The notes under the pieces: generated by a model | What the model was told of the DNA's origin: nothing | Databases searched by the model: none | Seen by the model: the letters and a program-made list of their open reading frames with translations, nothing else | DNA from: Octopus sinensis | Lineage: Eukaryota | DNA: 64,000 nucleotides | Assembly (NCBI RefSeq): GCF_006345805.1 | Contig: NC_043014.1 | Span: 50,716,001 to 50,780,000 of the forward strand | Direction of reading: 5' to 3' | Program-made: the position numbers and the translations under genes | Shown here: positions 23,971-37,800 of the stretch, piece after piece | How the letters are laid out: each line of letters starts with the position of its first letter | Position numbering within the stretch: position 1 is the first letter of the stretch

Positions 23971-25619
23971 ATATATATTTAATATAAAGTGTGAGAGAGA
24001 GAGATATATATATATAGGCACACACATATATATGTATACAAAAATCATATGTCTTTTTAATCATATGTTAAACGTTGATTGAGGTTTGTTCAAAAAATTT
24101 GAAAGCCGTACCCAAATTTTCCTCACACGATGGCTTCCTGCCTGCAATTTCTGTGGTCTTGTCAAGTGTAGTAATAAATGTACCATATCGGAGAAGAGGA
24201 GAGGACGTCGTTCAATCGTCACTGCACGAGTACCTATGATTGTTTGGAATTGCCTGAAGAAATGTTTATGTCAACAAAATGATCATATCTTTTCTAGAAG
24301 AATATAGAAACTGTGAATTTTCTATTACATTGTATTACATTACATTATATTATTTTATAGGATCTCACTACACGATAGTATATACATTTATTTTTCTTAT
24401 ATAGTTTACCGAAAGGAAAACATCTATCATTTGCATCTATCCTTTATATTTAAAGCTAAAATAAATTGAGAAATTCTATAAGAAATTCATATATGCACAG
24501 TTAGTGTGTGAGATATATATCTCAAGCTGTAGTGAATCAGATGTATTATAAGTCTCCCAATGATAATAGTAAAAAAATCGAAATGACTATTATTAGATTG
24601 ACAATCATATCATTCCTTCAGTATATTTTTGAATAATGAGGATATTTCCTGTTGCAAGCAGATGTTGATACGATGCCTCAGTGGAAGTCTATATCATACT
24701 CATCAACGTTGAACGGCCGAATCGTCTTAAATAGTATTACTCATGGAATCTTCTCATGCATTTCAATATCTCATTAAAAGTCAGATAATTAAATACTGAT
24801 ATAAATCTTCATAATTAAATTATGAACTCTTAGGATAGAAAAACCAAAATAACAATTAGTTCATTATTGTGTTTACTTTTTTTATTCAAGCCATAATTAG
24901 AATCTCAAATGACATTAACGCTTAATGGCGTACTTTTATCCAGAATATTCCGAGCAAAAATTTACATCTTCAAAGTTTATCTTCATATGTCGAGCATAAA
25001 AAAAAAATTATCATTGCTTAAGAACGATTTCTAATTAACGAAGTTAATTAAATTTTCTTACATATTACTCTCGCTTTAATTTAAGTATTTTTGTCAATGT
25101 ATTCGTTTTAGCATTTTTATTTTCTAATATGCAAAGATATATTTATCAGGATAATAAATCTTAAAAGATGTAGCATAACAAACTATTATTGTATCATACC
25201 ATGGTTTTATCAACAGTGATATCAACTTTCGTATCCTGAATGCAGAGACAACAGTCAGTAACATGAAAAAGTTCCTGTTGCTTGAATACTACCAACTATG
25301 TTTTTCTGTTATGCAAAACCTTTTACCACTTTATACAGAGTGATTATTACAGAGTGAGGATCTCACATTGAGTTATGCAACTGGTCGTTTGAGAAAGCTC
25401 ACAAACCTCATAGCGTTGCAGTATTCTGCGCTGGAATTTGTTCAACCGTAATGATATGTGGTCTCTCTGAATTCCATTTAATTGAGTCGACAATCATTAA
25501 CAACTTCGCATTAAATTCCTGAATGTAAAGTTTGACCAAATTTTCTTAAATTTATGTTTTAAAATGTATAGCAATAGTAATTGCTGATATTGGTAAGAGG
25601 AAAACAATTTCGAAGAGAA

Positions 25620-26262
25620 CAGTTTAATCGATTACACCAACCTCAGCACTTGAGGGTATTCTTTAATTTATCGTCCCGAGAGGAATAAAAATTCCAGGTA
25701 TACTCGATAGACGTCGCGCTGAATATGAGAAAAAAACGGAACAAATATCGCATGGAATTTTTTTCAAACGTTATAACAATTGCCCCAGCTCGCCGCCTCA
25801 GAATATAGCAATAATGCTTTTAACTATAACCGTGGGTGAAACCTGAAATTTTTGCGGAGTGGACTAATTATTTTCATTGACCTTAGTACATAGATTGGTA
25901 GTTATTCTATCGACTCCGAAATTTAAAGGTGACCTCATACCGGAGTTTGAACTTGGAAAAGGAAGCTGCAAGAAATACCGCCAAGTATTTTGCCTTCCGT
26001 GCTAACGATTCTGCCAGTAGCTCGCTGCCCGCTAATGTGTAGTAATAACCCTTTCTACTATGGGCACAATGCGTGAAGTTTGCGAGGAGGGGTAAGTCGC
26101 TTACAACGACCCTAGTGCATAACTGGTATTTTGTTTACCGACCCCAAAATGATGAAAATCAAAGTCAACCTCCGACAAATTTGAACACAGAACGTAAAGA
26201 CTAACAAAATGCCCCTAAGCATTTTGTCGGGCGTACTAAAGAGACTGCCAGCTCGCCGCCAT
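25620..26262 (-). mobile_element. Three tandem degenerate family A SINE copies
   Basis: Heads (rc) end at about 25797, 26028 and 26260 (CAGCTCGCCGCC), each preceded by TTTGAAC(T)..AGAAC and AAAGTC..CCTC. Confidence 0.75.
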
Positions 26263-27305
26263 AATTATTTGTAAGAATAAGAATTAAAATCCTTCAGGTA
26301 CGAAAGCCTAATACTGTAAAATAAACACAACTCATTGTTAAATAAGAGGTGCAAATTACCAGGTGCTGAATCAACGAGGAAATGGGGGATTATTCCACAG
26401 ACACGTGTAAAGTTATCGTCTTTCTCAAGAGACAGATTCAGCATGATGTGTAACAAAGCTGTATCATCATAATTCAGGTTACAATCCATTTGGAAGTGTT
26501 CTAGTTTTTGGCTACAATTTTATGCAGAGTATCAACCGACCCGATGCTGCAAAAGATAACTTACTGGAATCGAACTAAGGGGCTTCTTAATCGGTTGGCC
26601 ACTTGGTTCAAACGAAAAGACGATTTCAGTGTAGAAGTAAACTAGGAAAGCGCAAATAGATATAACATTGTTTAAACAAATATTTCCGTGTCCCGGACCA
26701 TCGTCTATGAAGTGCAGTCTTATTTTCTGCCAGCATGACTAGATGAGTGCTTGGGTAAAGGGTTACGAAATTCTCTTCTAAATTACGTGTATAGAGACCC
26801 GTCCATTAGTCTATTTTGTTTGAGGTTAATAAATTCATTCTATCGAAAAATTTAACGGAAGCACGTCTCCGGCAAGAGATTTTGGCGGGTTCCTCTGAGC
26901 TACATTTATTTAACTCAGATATCTGCGACTGAAAATAACTCTTTCCCTCCCAACTGCTCTAAAAATGGTCCTGCATACTTCTTTCTATTTTGATTAATTC
27001 ATTACAGAAATGTCCTTAGTAAGTAAGTTGTAACTGGTATTCTAAATGCATGTCCTTAAATGAGTTATTTGCATCAAGTGTGTGTCTTCTGTTCAAACGA
27101 TACTAACTGGTTCCCTGGTCAATGTCATTCTCCTAGCCTTATATCGGGGATAATACTGTTTATCTTTTACTACTCGAAGTCCTCCCTATATGGAAATATA
27201 AGTCATGAATATTTATTATAATCCGCTGTTGATTATTTGAAAGTAGAGAACGAAATAAAACCGATTAATGAGGGCAAGATGCTAATATTTGTAAAATCCA
27301 TGGAT

Positions 27306-27536
27306 AATTACCATTTCTCGCTACACAAGGTTGTTTCAAGGGTTATAAAAGTATCGCCTTTCAAAAGACGTTTCTAAAATCTTGGAAAATTTCACTCGTC
27401 ATGGCAACCGAACTTACATTCGGAAACTTAGATTGGATTTTATTGTTATTTTTGCCAATGTTGGCTTTGTTCAGTTTTCTCGGATTCCGGATGTCATTTT
27501 TTTTTTCTTCTTTATTTAAGTCGAGAAATGGTAATT
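27306..27536. mobile_element. 231-bp MITE-like element with 15-bp perfect TIRs
   Basis: AATTACCATTTCTCG (27306-20) and CGAGAAATGGTAATT (27522-36). Superfamily not assignable. Confidence 0.5.
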
Positions 27537-28857
27537 CCTTCTGAATTTAGCTACCATTATCATTTGAATTGCAATATACATGAACCGGATTCTATAAAAC
27601 AGTATATTTGGGAACGGAAAGCATATTTGCAAAGAATGGTAGTTTTCGTTATGAAGAAATGTGCAGTTGCTTGGATAAACATTAGCCGTCAATGCAAAAA
27701 TATAGTTTACGAGCACATATTATTCAGTAATGGAGTATTACACAGTCGAAAGAAAATAATTTCTCTACCGTTCCAAGTTATTTAGTCTTCCTTCTCTTAC
27801 TGGCTTCCGTAGTAAAATACTAAAATACTTTTAGTACGTTATTAAACGCTCAAAGACCAAATAAAATACACTCTTGACATTTTGTGAGTTACTGCTGGAT
27901 ATATGTTACCTGCGATCTATTGTTGTATACAAAAGATTCTCAAAAGCAATACCACCACGTTGGGTTTGTTTGCATTTCTTATAACCTAGCTATTATATTA
28001 CAAAATAAAACTAGCCGTGTGAATTGCCCACCATATTCGGGAGATGTATTGTACCATTGTGTTAACTATATTTACGTTACACAATTATGACAGCAGTCAA
28101 ACGTCCGAATGATTTATATTCTTATTCGAGCTGTATAATATTTTACATTCTTTTCAAAAAATAATATTTTCTGTGTGTAACATTCAGGTTAGAGTTTTGG
28201 CGATTTTTTTTCCCTTTAAGCGTTCGATTGTGTTGTAAATGATATTCAGATCTCTGCGACCAGAATCACTGCCAGCTGTTCATTATTCTTTTGATTAATG
28301 CCATTTAAATGATTGTTTATATTTGTCCACCAGTAACAAATAACAGAGAAACGATTTTGGTACATTCCGTTCCGTTCAGTTGTCGATTTTTCATTTGCAC
28401 ATATTGTAATTCATTTCCATCACAAACTTTAGTCTCTCTAACGTAAATCTTAATACAAATGATTACCAAAATATAGCCATCACACCTAAACAACAAATAA
28501 TTTAGTCGTTCAAACAGGCTTCTATCACCGCCTAATTTTATGATTAAAAGCTGCACACATTTACATTTAGACAATTGAGTGAACCTACGCAAGTTCGACA
28601 AAATAATCTCCAATTATTGTGGTATTTTACTATATAACACGAAGGACGATAACACTTATTTATAGGATTAATTTCAAATATAAGAAATACGCTTCTTCTG
28701 GCTCATTTTTTTCCAAGCCGAAGAAGAACCTGAAACCACTGACACGAAAAATAAAACCCGATGAAACAGACTGCAAAAATGAACGGACAGTAACAAATTG
28801 CGGAGTGGTGGAGCTAGAAATCTCTACTTGGGCAGTATACTTCGAAACCGAAATGCT

Positions 28858-29730
28858 TACTCACTCACGCACTCATTCACGCACTCACTCACTCACTTAC
28901 TCACTCACTCACTCACTCACTCATCCACTCATTTACTCACTCACTCACTCACTCACTCACTAATTCACGTGCTCATTCACTCACTCGTTTACTCACTCAC
29001 TCACTCACTCACTCACCCACTCACTCACTCACTCACTCACTCACTCACTCACTCACTCACACACTCACTCACTCACTCACTCACTCACTCACTCACTCAC
29101 TCACCCACTCACTCACTCATTCACTCACTCACTCACTCACTTACTCACTCATTCACTCACTCATTAACTCACTCACTCACTCACTCAATCATTTACTCAC
29201 TCATTTACTCACTCACTCACTCACTCACTCAATCATTTACTCACTCATTTACTCACTTACTCACTCACTCACTCATCCACTCACTGAATCAATCATTTAC
29301 TCACGCATTTACTCACTCACTCACTCACTCAATCATTTACTCACTCATTTACTCACTCACTCACTCACTAACTCACACATTTACTCACTCACTTACTCAC
29401 TCACTCACTCACTCACTCACACTCACTCACTCACTCACTCAATCGTTTACTCATTTACTCACTCACTCACTCACTCACTCACTCATCATTTACTCACTCA
29501 CTTACTCACTCACTCACTCACTCACTCAATCATTTACTCACTCATTTACTCACTCACTTACTCACTCACTCACCCACTCACTCACTCACTCATTTACTCA
29601 CTTACTCACTCACTCCCTCTCTCACTCACTCACTCACTCCCTCTCTCACTCACTCACTCACTCACCCATTTACTCACTCACTCATTCACGCACTCACTCA
29701 TCACTCACTCACTCACTCACTCACGTATAC
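28858..29730. repeat. (ACTC)n tetranucleotide microsatellite with variants, about 870 bp
   Basis: Directly visible; it explains the 350-aa THSL-repeat ORF. Confidence 0.95.
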
Positions 29731-29899
29731 ACACACACGCACACCCAGTATCTTCGGTTATCATTTCACTCACAAGTCGACACGAAGCTTTACATAAAAA
29801 CAGCCAAAATCGGTAGAGTGGGATTAATAACAAGCCAGCGTATTTGGTAAGAACAATTCTTCACTTGTCCAATCAAGACTGCGCCTTATTATCAAACAA

Positions 29900-29900
29900 A

Positions 29901-29934
<34 letters not shown>

Positions 29935-30070
29935 TTAATAATAATAAATAATACTAACAATAATAATAATGATAATAATAATAATAATAATAATAATCAT
30001 AATAATAATAATAATAAGTAATACTAACAATAATAATAATGATAATAAAATAATAATAATAATAATAATA

Positions 30071-30162
<92 letters not shown>

Positions 30163-30185
30163 GTAATAATAAAATGAATAATAAA
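29900..30185. repeat. (TAA)n microsatellite
   Basis: Directly visible. Confidence 0.95.
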
Positions 30186-31273
30186 TATTGCGTCATACCT
30201 GAACTAATTGATGCTGGTTAAACGCGGGAATAAATGTATCGAATTGGCAGTCGGGACTTTAATAACGGTATCGATACATATGCATATTAGAGCTCATATT
30301 GATTATTCTTCGATGTGATTGACCGATCCTCCCTTCTTCTGTAGTGTATATTCTCCATATGTTATATGCTTTACTGGTCTAGATCGATATTCATGTCAAT
30401 TTCTTTTTAACGCGACTAGTTTGATATAATACGATGTCTAGAATTTCTCACCTGAATAAAACCCCATTAGGCAGACAATAAAATAAATGTGTGCAGCTAT
30501 AAACTTGATATACCTTCTGATCGTTGTGTCGTTAGAGAAGCTGGTGTGTAATGCCATAGATCTTACAAGGCGTCTCAAAAGTCTTTAATAATAACTTGAC
30601 ACGGAACGACACTAAGATACATTAAATTATCGAAACAGCTGAAATGTTACTTCAGCGTCGAACATCATTCATCATAGTATAAATCTGATAGATTATTATT
30701 CTCTATTGAATACTAAAGTCGATAACCTAGTGTTTACATTCCTATTATTACTACATAGGATGCCAAAGACAAAAAAAAATCAATATAACGCTAGAAATTC
30801 TTATTGATTTCTGAGAATGGCACAAGGTCAGCACTCTATATGGTAAGGATAGAAGCGAATGATTCTTCTTGTTTATTATTGGAAATTATTTTATCGACCT
30901 TGGAACCCGAAAGCCGTGGTCCATATCGGTGGGATTTGAACTCAAATATTTATGGTTATAAATGAATAATATAACAGCGAACTACCAATATTCTCATGAA
31001 CCAACGAGGAAGCCGTTACAGGGCAGATTGATTTGATACAAATAGTGTGTACGTTTCTCTTGAATTATCCGCCGCCTTACAGACTCCAATGGGTAGAGTA
31101 ATATAAGTAACCTGACATCTGCACAAAAGAAAGGCATAAAAGGCCGGATTACAGAATGCTATTCTTCACCAAGCTGAGTTGGTGTTAAACAACATCGAGA
31201 TTAACCTCAAAATAATTTAATTCAAATGCTGATGTTCTTGTTTTGTATCCCCAAGAAAACTGGAAGAGATACC

Positions 31274-31507
31274 TATTTCTTTACTACCCACAAGGGGCTA
31301 AACACAGAGAGGACAAACAAGGACAGACAAACGGATTAAGTCGATTATATCGACCCCAGTGCGTAACTGGTACTTAATTTGTCGACCCCGAAAGGATGAA
31401 AGGCAAAGTCGACCTTGGCCGAATTTGAACTCAGAACGTAACGGTAGACGGAAATACGGTTTCGCATTTCGCCCGGTGTGCTAACGTTTCTGCCAGCTCA
31501 CCGCCTT
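31274..31507 (-). mobile_element. Full-length family A SINE with ~14-bp TSD
   Basis: Complete copy flanked by CTGGAAGAGATACC (31260) and CTGGAAGAGATTCC (31508). Confidence 0.93.
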
Positions 31508-32259
31508 CTGGAAGAGATTCCTCAGCCTCTCTAATGCTGGAGATACCCCAGCCTCTCAGTGAACACTGTTAAAGGTACTTTACACCATTATTTTAATACT
31601 CTGTTCCTGTGCACCAAAACAGTTACCAGGTTTCGATGTGGTTTTCTAAAATGAAATACCAGTAAAAATTGCTTACTTAAGAAATGTGATATTCAATTTT
31701 TGAGTTGGCATTTCACTTCAGGTTGAGAGGTCGTACATTTTCGCAAAGGTGCAGCCAAAACACAGCAAATTTCCAATATATGTGAGCACGAACATAAAGA
31801 ACGTATATATGTATATATATATATGTGAAGAGAAAGAACATTTGCGAAGAGGAGTAGTTAGATGGAAAAAAAAAAATAAACGCACGGATACTTGAGTGAA
31901 ACATTAAGCATTAGTGATAAAATTTATTTTAGGTGCATATATTAGGTTATAACACATTGAAGAAGAAATTCAATCTGTACCGTTCTAAGGTATTTGATTA
32001 CATTTCTGTTAATGGCTTACTTAGGAAAATGCTACTTTGATTTTAGTACGCTGTTCATCGTTCAGAGACAAAATTAAATGCACTTTTCACCTGTAACATA
32101 TTTGGAAGGTGAAAGGCCAAATATATTGGGGTGGGATTTCAGCACAGACATTAGTAGTTGCAAATAAATAATGTAATCTGCTAGCAATACTGTTATACTG
32201 CTATTCCTTACACATATTGCAATATTAGGAAATGATATGGCGGCGTGATGGCAGAATCG

Positions 32260-32445
32260 TTACGACACCAGTCCAAATGCTTAGCGGCTTTTCGTCCCTC
32301 TTTACATTCTGAGGTGAAGTTCCACAGACGTCGACTTTGCATTTCATTATGTCGGGTTCGAGAAAATAAACACCAGACGAGTGGTGGTGAGGATGTAGTC
32401 GACTCAGCTCCCTTCCCGGAATTGCAGACCTTGTACCAATATTAC
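32260..32445 (+). mobile_element. Degenerate family A SINE
   Basis: GGCGGCGTGATGGCAGAATCGTTA..CATTCTGAGGTGAAGTTCC..CGACTTTGCATTTCAT. Confidence 0.7.
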
Positions 32446-33547
32446 CACTATTATGAAAATATTTTAAAAGTTACTGTTATCACACCAACTTACTTTTATC
32501 ACTGATAAAATGGTTTCCATATAATAAACACTGACACATGTGAACCAGAAAGAGATGATGGTGCACAACAAAGGAATAGGGTGTCTTCTATCTCTGGTTT
32601 TTGCCAAGCACATTTAAAGAAGCTATAACTAACGCCACGAACAACCAACTATGCAATTACACTTATGGAGGGGAGAGAGTGGCCAAATAGCCTTCTGCAT
32701 CACATCGAGTCAAACTTGAAAGCACATCGTTGCGGACCAAACCTATTAACCGAAAGATTATTCTTGCACCACATTAGAAATAAAGAAACCCAGCAACGTA
32801 AACGGCACTTTTCGATCGTAAGTATTATCTCACAAACCACAAAACAGCTTTCATCACTCATACAAAACCTACTTTATCAACACAAAGTGTTACCTGAATA
32901 TATAGCGAGAACATTTTAAATGAACAATGGCGATTGTTATTCCACCGTTCTTTCGCATCTTTTATGAGATAATTAAGTGGATTTTACTAAAATTCAAGAA
33001 GATATTGAAGAACTGAAGCACTGGAATGGCACTGTGTTCCTGTATATTTTTCCCTTTCATTTTACAGCAATATTCGTATATCCTTATCTTAGACACCACT
33101 TAAATTATCACATTAAAGAAACAACTACATGTTCTTATCCTCTCTTAAAGATAACGGCAAGATTTTGCTTAAACCATATCCAATTGTCTTTAGAAACAAT
33201 ACACTACATAAAATGGTTCTGAATACAAATTTAAAAGGAAGATGGAATGGGTATGATGTAATTGGCTTTGATGATAAATCTCCTCAGGATTTATATGGGA
33301 ATAAATGGCACTATCACAAATCATACTTTCTGGTAGTCTGTGATATATATGCCGATACCTCCATCTCTGATACGTAACCTGCATCTTATATTTCAGCTGA
33401 TAATTGAAAGACGCGTTCCCGATTTTATATTTCTGTCCAATCGTCGCAATAAATATCTTTTTCATCTGAACATCAAAAAGCAGCGGACGATGGCTTCAAT
33501 GGCCGAAATTTCGAAGTCACTGTCAACGATATTCTTGTTTAAGAATC

Positions 33548-33647
<100 letters not shown>

Positions 33648-33816
33648 CATAATGCAGGTATACGTTAGAGGTTTTTTAAAGCCTCTAAGGGATATAAGTA
33701 TCCAAAGGCACTTCTGGTAATTACCTCAGAAGGTATTTTCCCTGGTAAAAGGTATACGGCAGCAGGTAATTTAGCGGGTAACCGTAGTTTAATTTAATTT
33801 CGCTTATATATGTGTG

Positions 33817-33850
<34 letters not shown>

Positions 33851-33999
33851 AGAGGGATGACATCCATTATGCTAGAAGATCCGCTATGGTCTTACCACTA
33901 AGAAAGGAATGTTCTCAAGAAAATTTAGCAAAGGCCAAAACTAAGCGAGCAAGACAAATGAAAAGATACATAATATATTTTAAATTATTTTAAATTAAA

Positions 34000-34037
<38 letters not shown>

Positions 34038-34148
34038 CGGAGATGTACTCGCATAGCAAGTAATTTGACAAATTAAACTTAAATGTTGGAGTGAATCGAA
34101 CGGCTTTTGTGTGTTTCTTAAATGGTTTATAAACACCTTCCACGCTGC

Positions 34149-34213
<65 letters not shown>

Positions 34214-34285
34214 TATATATATATATATATATATAATATATATTATATATATATATATATTTATATACATATATCCACACACGCA

Positions 34286-34430
34286 CACGGGGGGAGTGCT
34301 GAAATCTTGCTGGAATTGAGCAAAAGAAAATACCGGAGATTCAGTTTTATATGTTTGTGTCCAGCATATTCCCTCTCAGATTCACACTCATATTGCAGTG
34401 GTCCTTCAATTTTTCTAAGCCTTGTATGAC
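34286..34430 (+). mobile_element. Mariner-type TIR or MITE fragment
   Basis: CACGGGGGGAGTGCTGAAATCTTGCTGG resembles mariner TIRs (TACGAGGG..GCTGAAAAGT). No second TIR found. Confidence 0.35.
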
Positions 34431-34639
34431 TGTCAGGTTATTATATTGTTATATGTAGTCCAAAAAGACTAAATGCATAACTACTATTTTTACCTGAAGG
34501 GGGCATTCTATGGAAATGAATCTTAAATTCATATGTAATCTGGAAGAATATATGCCTGAAACGATCGTCGGAACACCTTATTTTCTTCTAACACATTAGC
34601 CAAAACTCTTTTAAATGCCTATCACTTTCTCTGTATTAT

Positions 34640-34925
34640 ATATTTATTTAATTATCTAGTTTCAGCTCACAAGCTGTGGCCATGCTGGGGCACCGCCATT
34701 TGGTGTTGCTACATGATTTTACTTCACGAATGCTTTTTAGCAATTGCCATTTGGTGCATGGGAGAGTTCGATGCAGCTGCCCTCATCTGCAACTCCTGCC
34801 GTGAAGTTGGTTCATTTGGGATACCTGACAAGAAGAGATCCAGTTTCATTTTAAAGACATCTGCATCCACCCCATGCAGGTCTCTTAGGTTCTTCGGGAG
34901 GATATTGAAGGACTTTTAAAAACGT
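34640..34925 (-). mobile_element. 3' end of a CR1-group LINE (ORF2 C-terminus plus 3' tail)
   Basis: The minus frame reads SFNILPKNLRDLHGVDADVFKMKLDLFLSGIPDEP..RAAASNS, typical of CR1/L2-group ORF2 ends. Stop at 34724-26, then tail GGCGGTGCCCCAGCATGGCCACAGC..CTGAAACTAG and an AT-rich end. Confidence 0.75.
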
Positions 34926-35253
34926 CTTTTTTTCTTAGATTATATTATCATTTTTATCTATATTCTATTATATTTATGTTTACAAATCTACATATCTATA
35001 TGTCCATGTATACTTTTAGTATTAATATGCTTTTATATTTCTATATTTTTATATTTCTAATATATCAATATGTGTTTCAGATTGGACAATTCTTATTTTA
35101 TCTTAATTAAACCCGTATATGTTATATGTTAATCTTAGTCTGCCTGAGTTGAACCTTTTCTATTTAAAAACAAAGCAAACAAAACAAAAGACAAAAACGG
35201 GTGTATAAACAACAAGGATATGTATTAGTTTAACGCTCGGGTAGTGAGACAGT

Positions 35254-35289
35254 CTTCTACGTTTCGTGCTTACGCTCTTCAACAGAAAG
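35254..35289 (-). ncRNA. Degenerate hammerhead-like motif in a short repeat relic (about 35190-35312)
   Basis: Minus strand reads CTTT-CTGTTGA-A-GAGC-GTAA-GCAC-GAAA-CG-T-A-GAAG, the same architecture as 7557-7591, with A6 changed to U and one stem II mismatch. Confidence 0.4.
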
Positions 35290-35307
35290 GAACACAGAAA
35301 TAAACAG

Positions 35308-35350
<43 letters not shown>

Positions 35351-35351
<1 letters not shown>

Positions 35352-35761
35352 CTCTTTTACTCTTTTACTCTTTTACTTGTTTCAGTCATTTGACTGCGGC
35401 CATGCTGGAGCACCGCCTTTAGTCGAGCAAATCGACCCCGGGACTTATTCTTTGTAAGCCCAGTCCTTATTCTATCGGTCACTTTTGCCGAACCGCTAAG
35501 TGACGGGGACGTAAACACATCAGCATCGGTTGTCAAGCAATGCTAAGGGGACAAACACAGATACACAAACACACACAAACCTATATATACATATATACGA
35601 CAGGCTTCTTTCAGTTTCCGTCTACCAGATCCACTCACAAGGCATTGGTCGGCCCGGGGCTATAGCAGAAGACACTTGCCCAAGATGCCACGCAGTGGGA
35701 CTGAACCCGGAACCATGTGATTGGTTAGCAAGCTACTTACCACACAGCCACTCCTGCGCCT
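35351..35761 (-). mobile_element. Full-length family C SINE
   Basis: Near-identical to 4607-5012. Confidence 0.92.
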
Positions 35762-35762
35762 A

Positions 35763-35875
<113 letters not shown>

Positions 35876-36379
35876 AAACTGACCACTTAAGTGGACAGCC
35901 TATATGCTAAACATAGACGTCAAATCACCATTACCCCGAAGAATGTGTTCACAAGAAAAATCTCAGCAAAAAACCAAAATCTAAAAATGAGCAAGACAAA
36001 TGAAAATATTTTCATTTGTTATGTGTGTGTGTGTGTTTATGTATGTGCGTGCGTGTGTGAAGGAGAGAGAGGGTGGAGGAGAGAGAGAGCGTCTGTATAT
36101 ATATATATATATATAATATATATATATATATCATTCTGCCAATAGACAGCATCGATGAGGTAAGAAGAGGTTTCAAGACTTTGAGATTAGAGATTTGGTT
36201 CTTGATAAAAGCTTCCGTACACGAAATTGAAACCTTTGCTTTTTTCTTTTGAATGTTGATTAATAAACAGAATTTCTGTCTGCTTCTGCTTTGATAAACA
36301 TGTCTTATAATAAATAGCATTTAGTCTGAATCGTTTGTTTTTGAAAAGAGGAATGGCCTATGTAATATTCATGGGTGAC

Positions 36380-37800
36380 CTTACATCTTAGCCTAAGCGT
36401 GATAAGATTTTGTATGATATGATAAAGATTGTTAGATATAGCAAGTAAAGTCATAATCACCATTTCTGTTCGCTATTGATTTGATATCCCTCCCTTGTAT
36501 TATGGAAAAAGCCATTTAGCCAAACGAAAAAAGGGGGCATAGACTATGCAATATTTCATGGATAACCTTAGACTCTACTCCAGGCATGAGAACTTACTGC
36601 ATTCTATGATAAAGACGTCTAGAAATTTCAATATTGGAAAAAAATGTTTGATATTGGCAAATGTGCGGTGTTTATAATAAAATGTGAACGTCATAAATAA
36701 TGACCCGTTCCGAAAGAAAGTCAAGCAGATCAGCGGAGAAGGGCAAAGATCATGAATAGTTCATAGGACTGCAGGAGCATAATGAGAAGGGAGCGAATTG
36801 AAGGAAATTAATTTGAAAGAAAAAAATAGAGTAGAATACTATTTGAGTATAAGAAGGTTCTTAGGAATAAGATGGAAATGAAAGGAATATTTGTAAATGA
36901 ACAAGCGCTGGGAATATAGCAATATTGATATATTCTGCAGCTTCCCTTGTGTAGTTGAAACATCAAGTTGATGTATAGGTACATCAGAAAGCATTTAGAA
37001 TCATGCGGAAGTTTACAACGATGCAGTTATGCGGGTTTCGAACACAGCGTAATATTTACGACAAACTAAACTTAGCTTTTATAAAACTAAACAGATGGCA
37101 GAGGAAAATTACTGAGAAGCTTATATCTACATCCATTAATGTCAGTGATAAATACATAGAGAGACAAAAACAAACAAAAGAGAATAGAATCAATGAAATC
37201 CTGAAAATTCAGCATTGAAGATTTGTTACGCAAAGTAGATATGATGGGAAAGAATCAATTGGATTGGTTGAAACTTGTATAGTATACAAGTGAAACCAAA
37301 TCTTACATTATGTCTAGAGTAGAACTAGCGATTAGAATAAAAAGTGATGGTAAAATATATAACAAAGCAACCGAGGAGAGCGTAATTGTTGAGTATGTGG
37401 CTGCGCAAACGAAGATCTAAATCATATATTCTGTGTAAACGTAGGAAGTTGTTTGAAAAGCAAAAGTTATGATAATGGAAGTGCAAATGATATATCTAGA
37501 AGTTAGTAGACATTTTGATTCAAATTAGATTACGAAAAACTACTAGCGCTGACTATTATTGTAAATTTCTGTTCTACGAATCTGTGAAATGTATCAACGC
37601 AAAATGACTGTAACCTACGCAAAGAAATCAGATACAATAATTATAGGGGAAAATAGCAAAATATGACAGATTAGTTTATTGATTTTGTTCTGCATTACGT
37701 AAACTGAAACGAGGTACGCCGAGGAATATGAACATAGAGAAAGATATTGGAAAAATAGAAAAAGGTATCTGGACTTCACTTGGCCATTGATATAATAATA
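36380..37800 (+). pseudogene. Ancient non-LTR retrotransposon relic: RT, CCHC and restriction-like endonuclease (R4/Dong-like)
   Basis: Degenerate motifs in order: QVKS*SPFLFAI (QGDSLSPLLF), YFMDNLRLYS (FMDDLKLY), FDIGKCAVFIIK, RKFTTM, ETKSYIMSRVELAIR, C*VCGCANEDLNHI (CCHC), KKSDTIII (RRPDIVV). Many stops. Confidence 0.7.

Noticed and set aside
28798-29850. 350-aa ORF of THSL repeats
   Set aside because: It is a translation of an (ACTC)n microsatellite that happens to lack stops; there is no evidence of coding.
33068-33377. Protein-like 82-aa ORF and nearby acceptor TTTTACAG
   Set aside because: The acceptor is separated from the ORF by an in-frame stop, no homology was recognised, and no convincing donor was found.
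33484-33515. Hammerhead-like CGGACGA-T-GGCT-TCAAT-GGCC-GAAA
   Set aside because: The core has U4 changed to G and no stem I can form; chance or too decayed to support.
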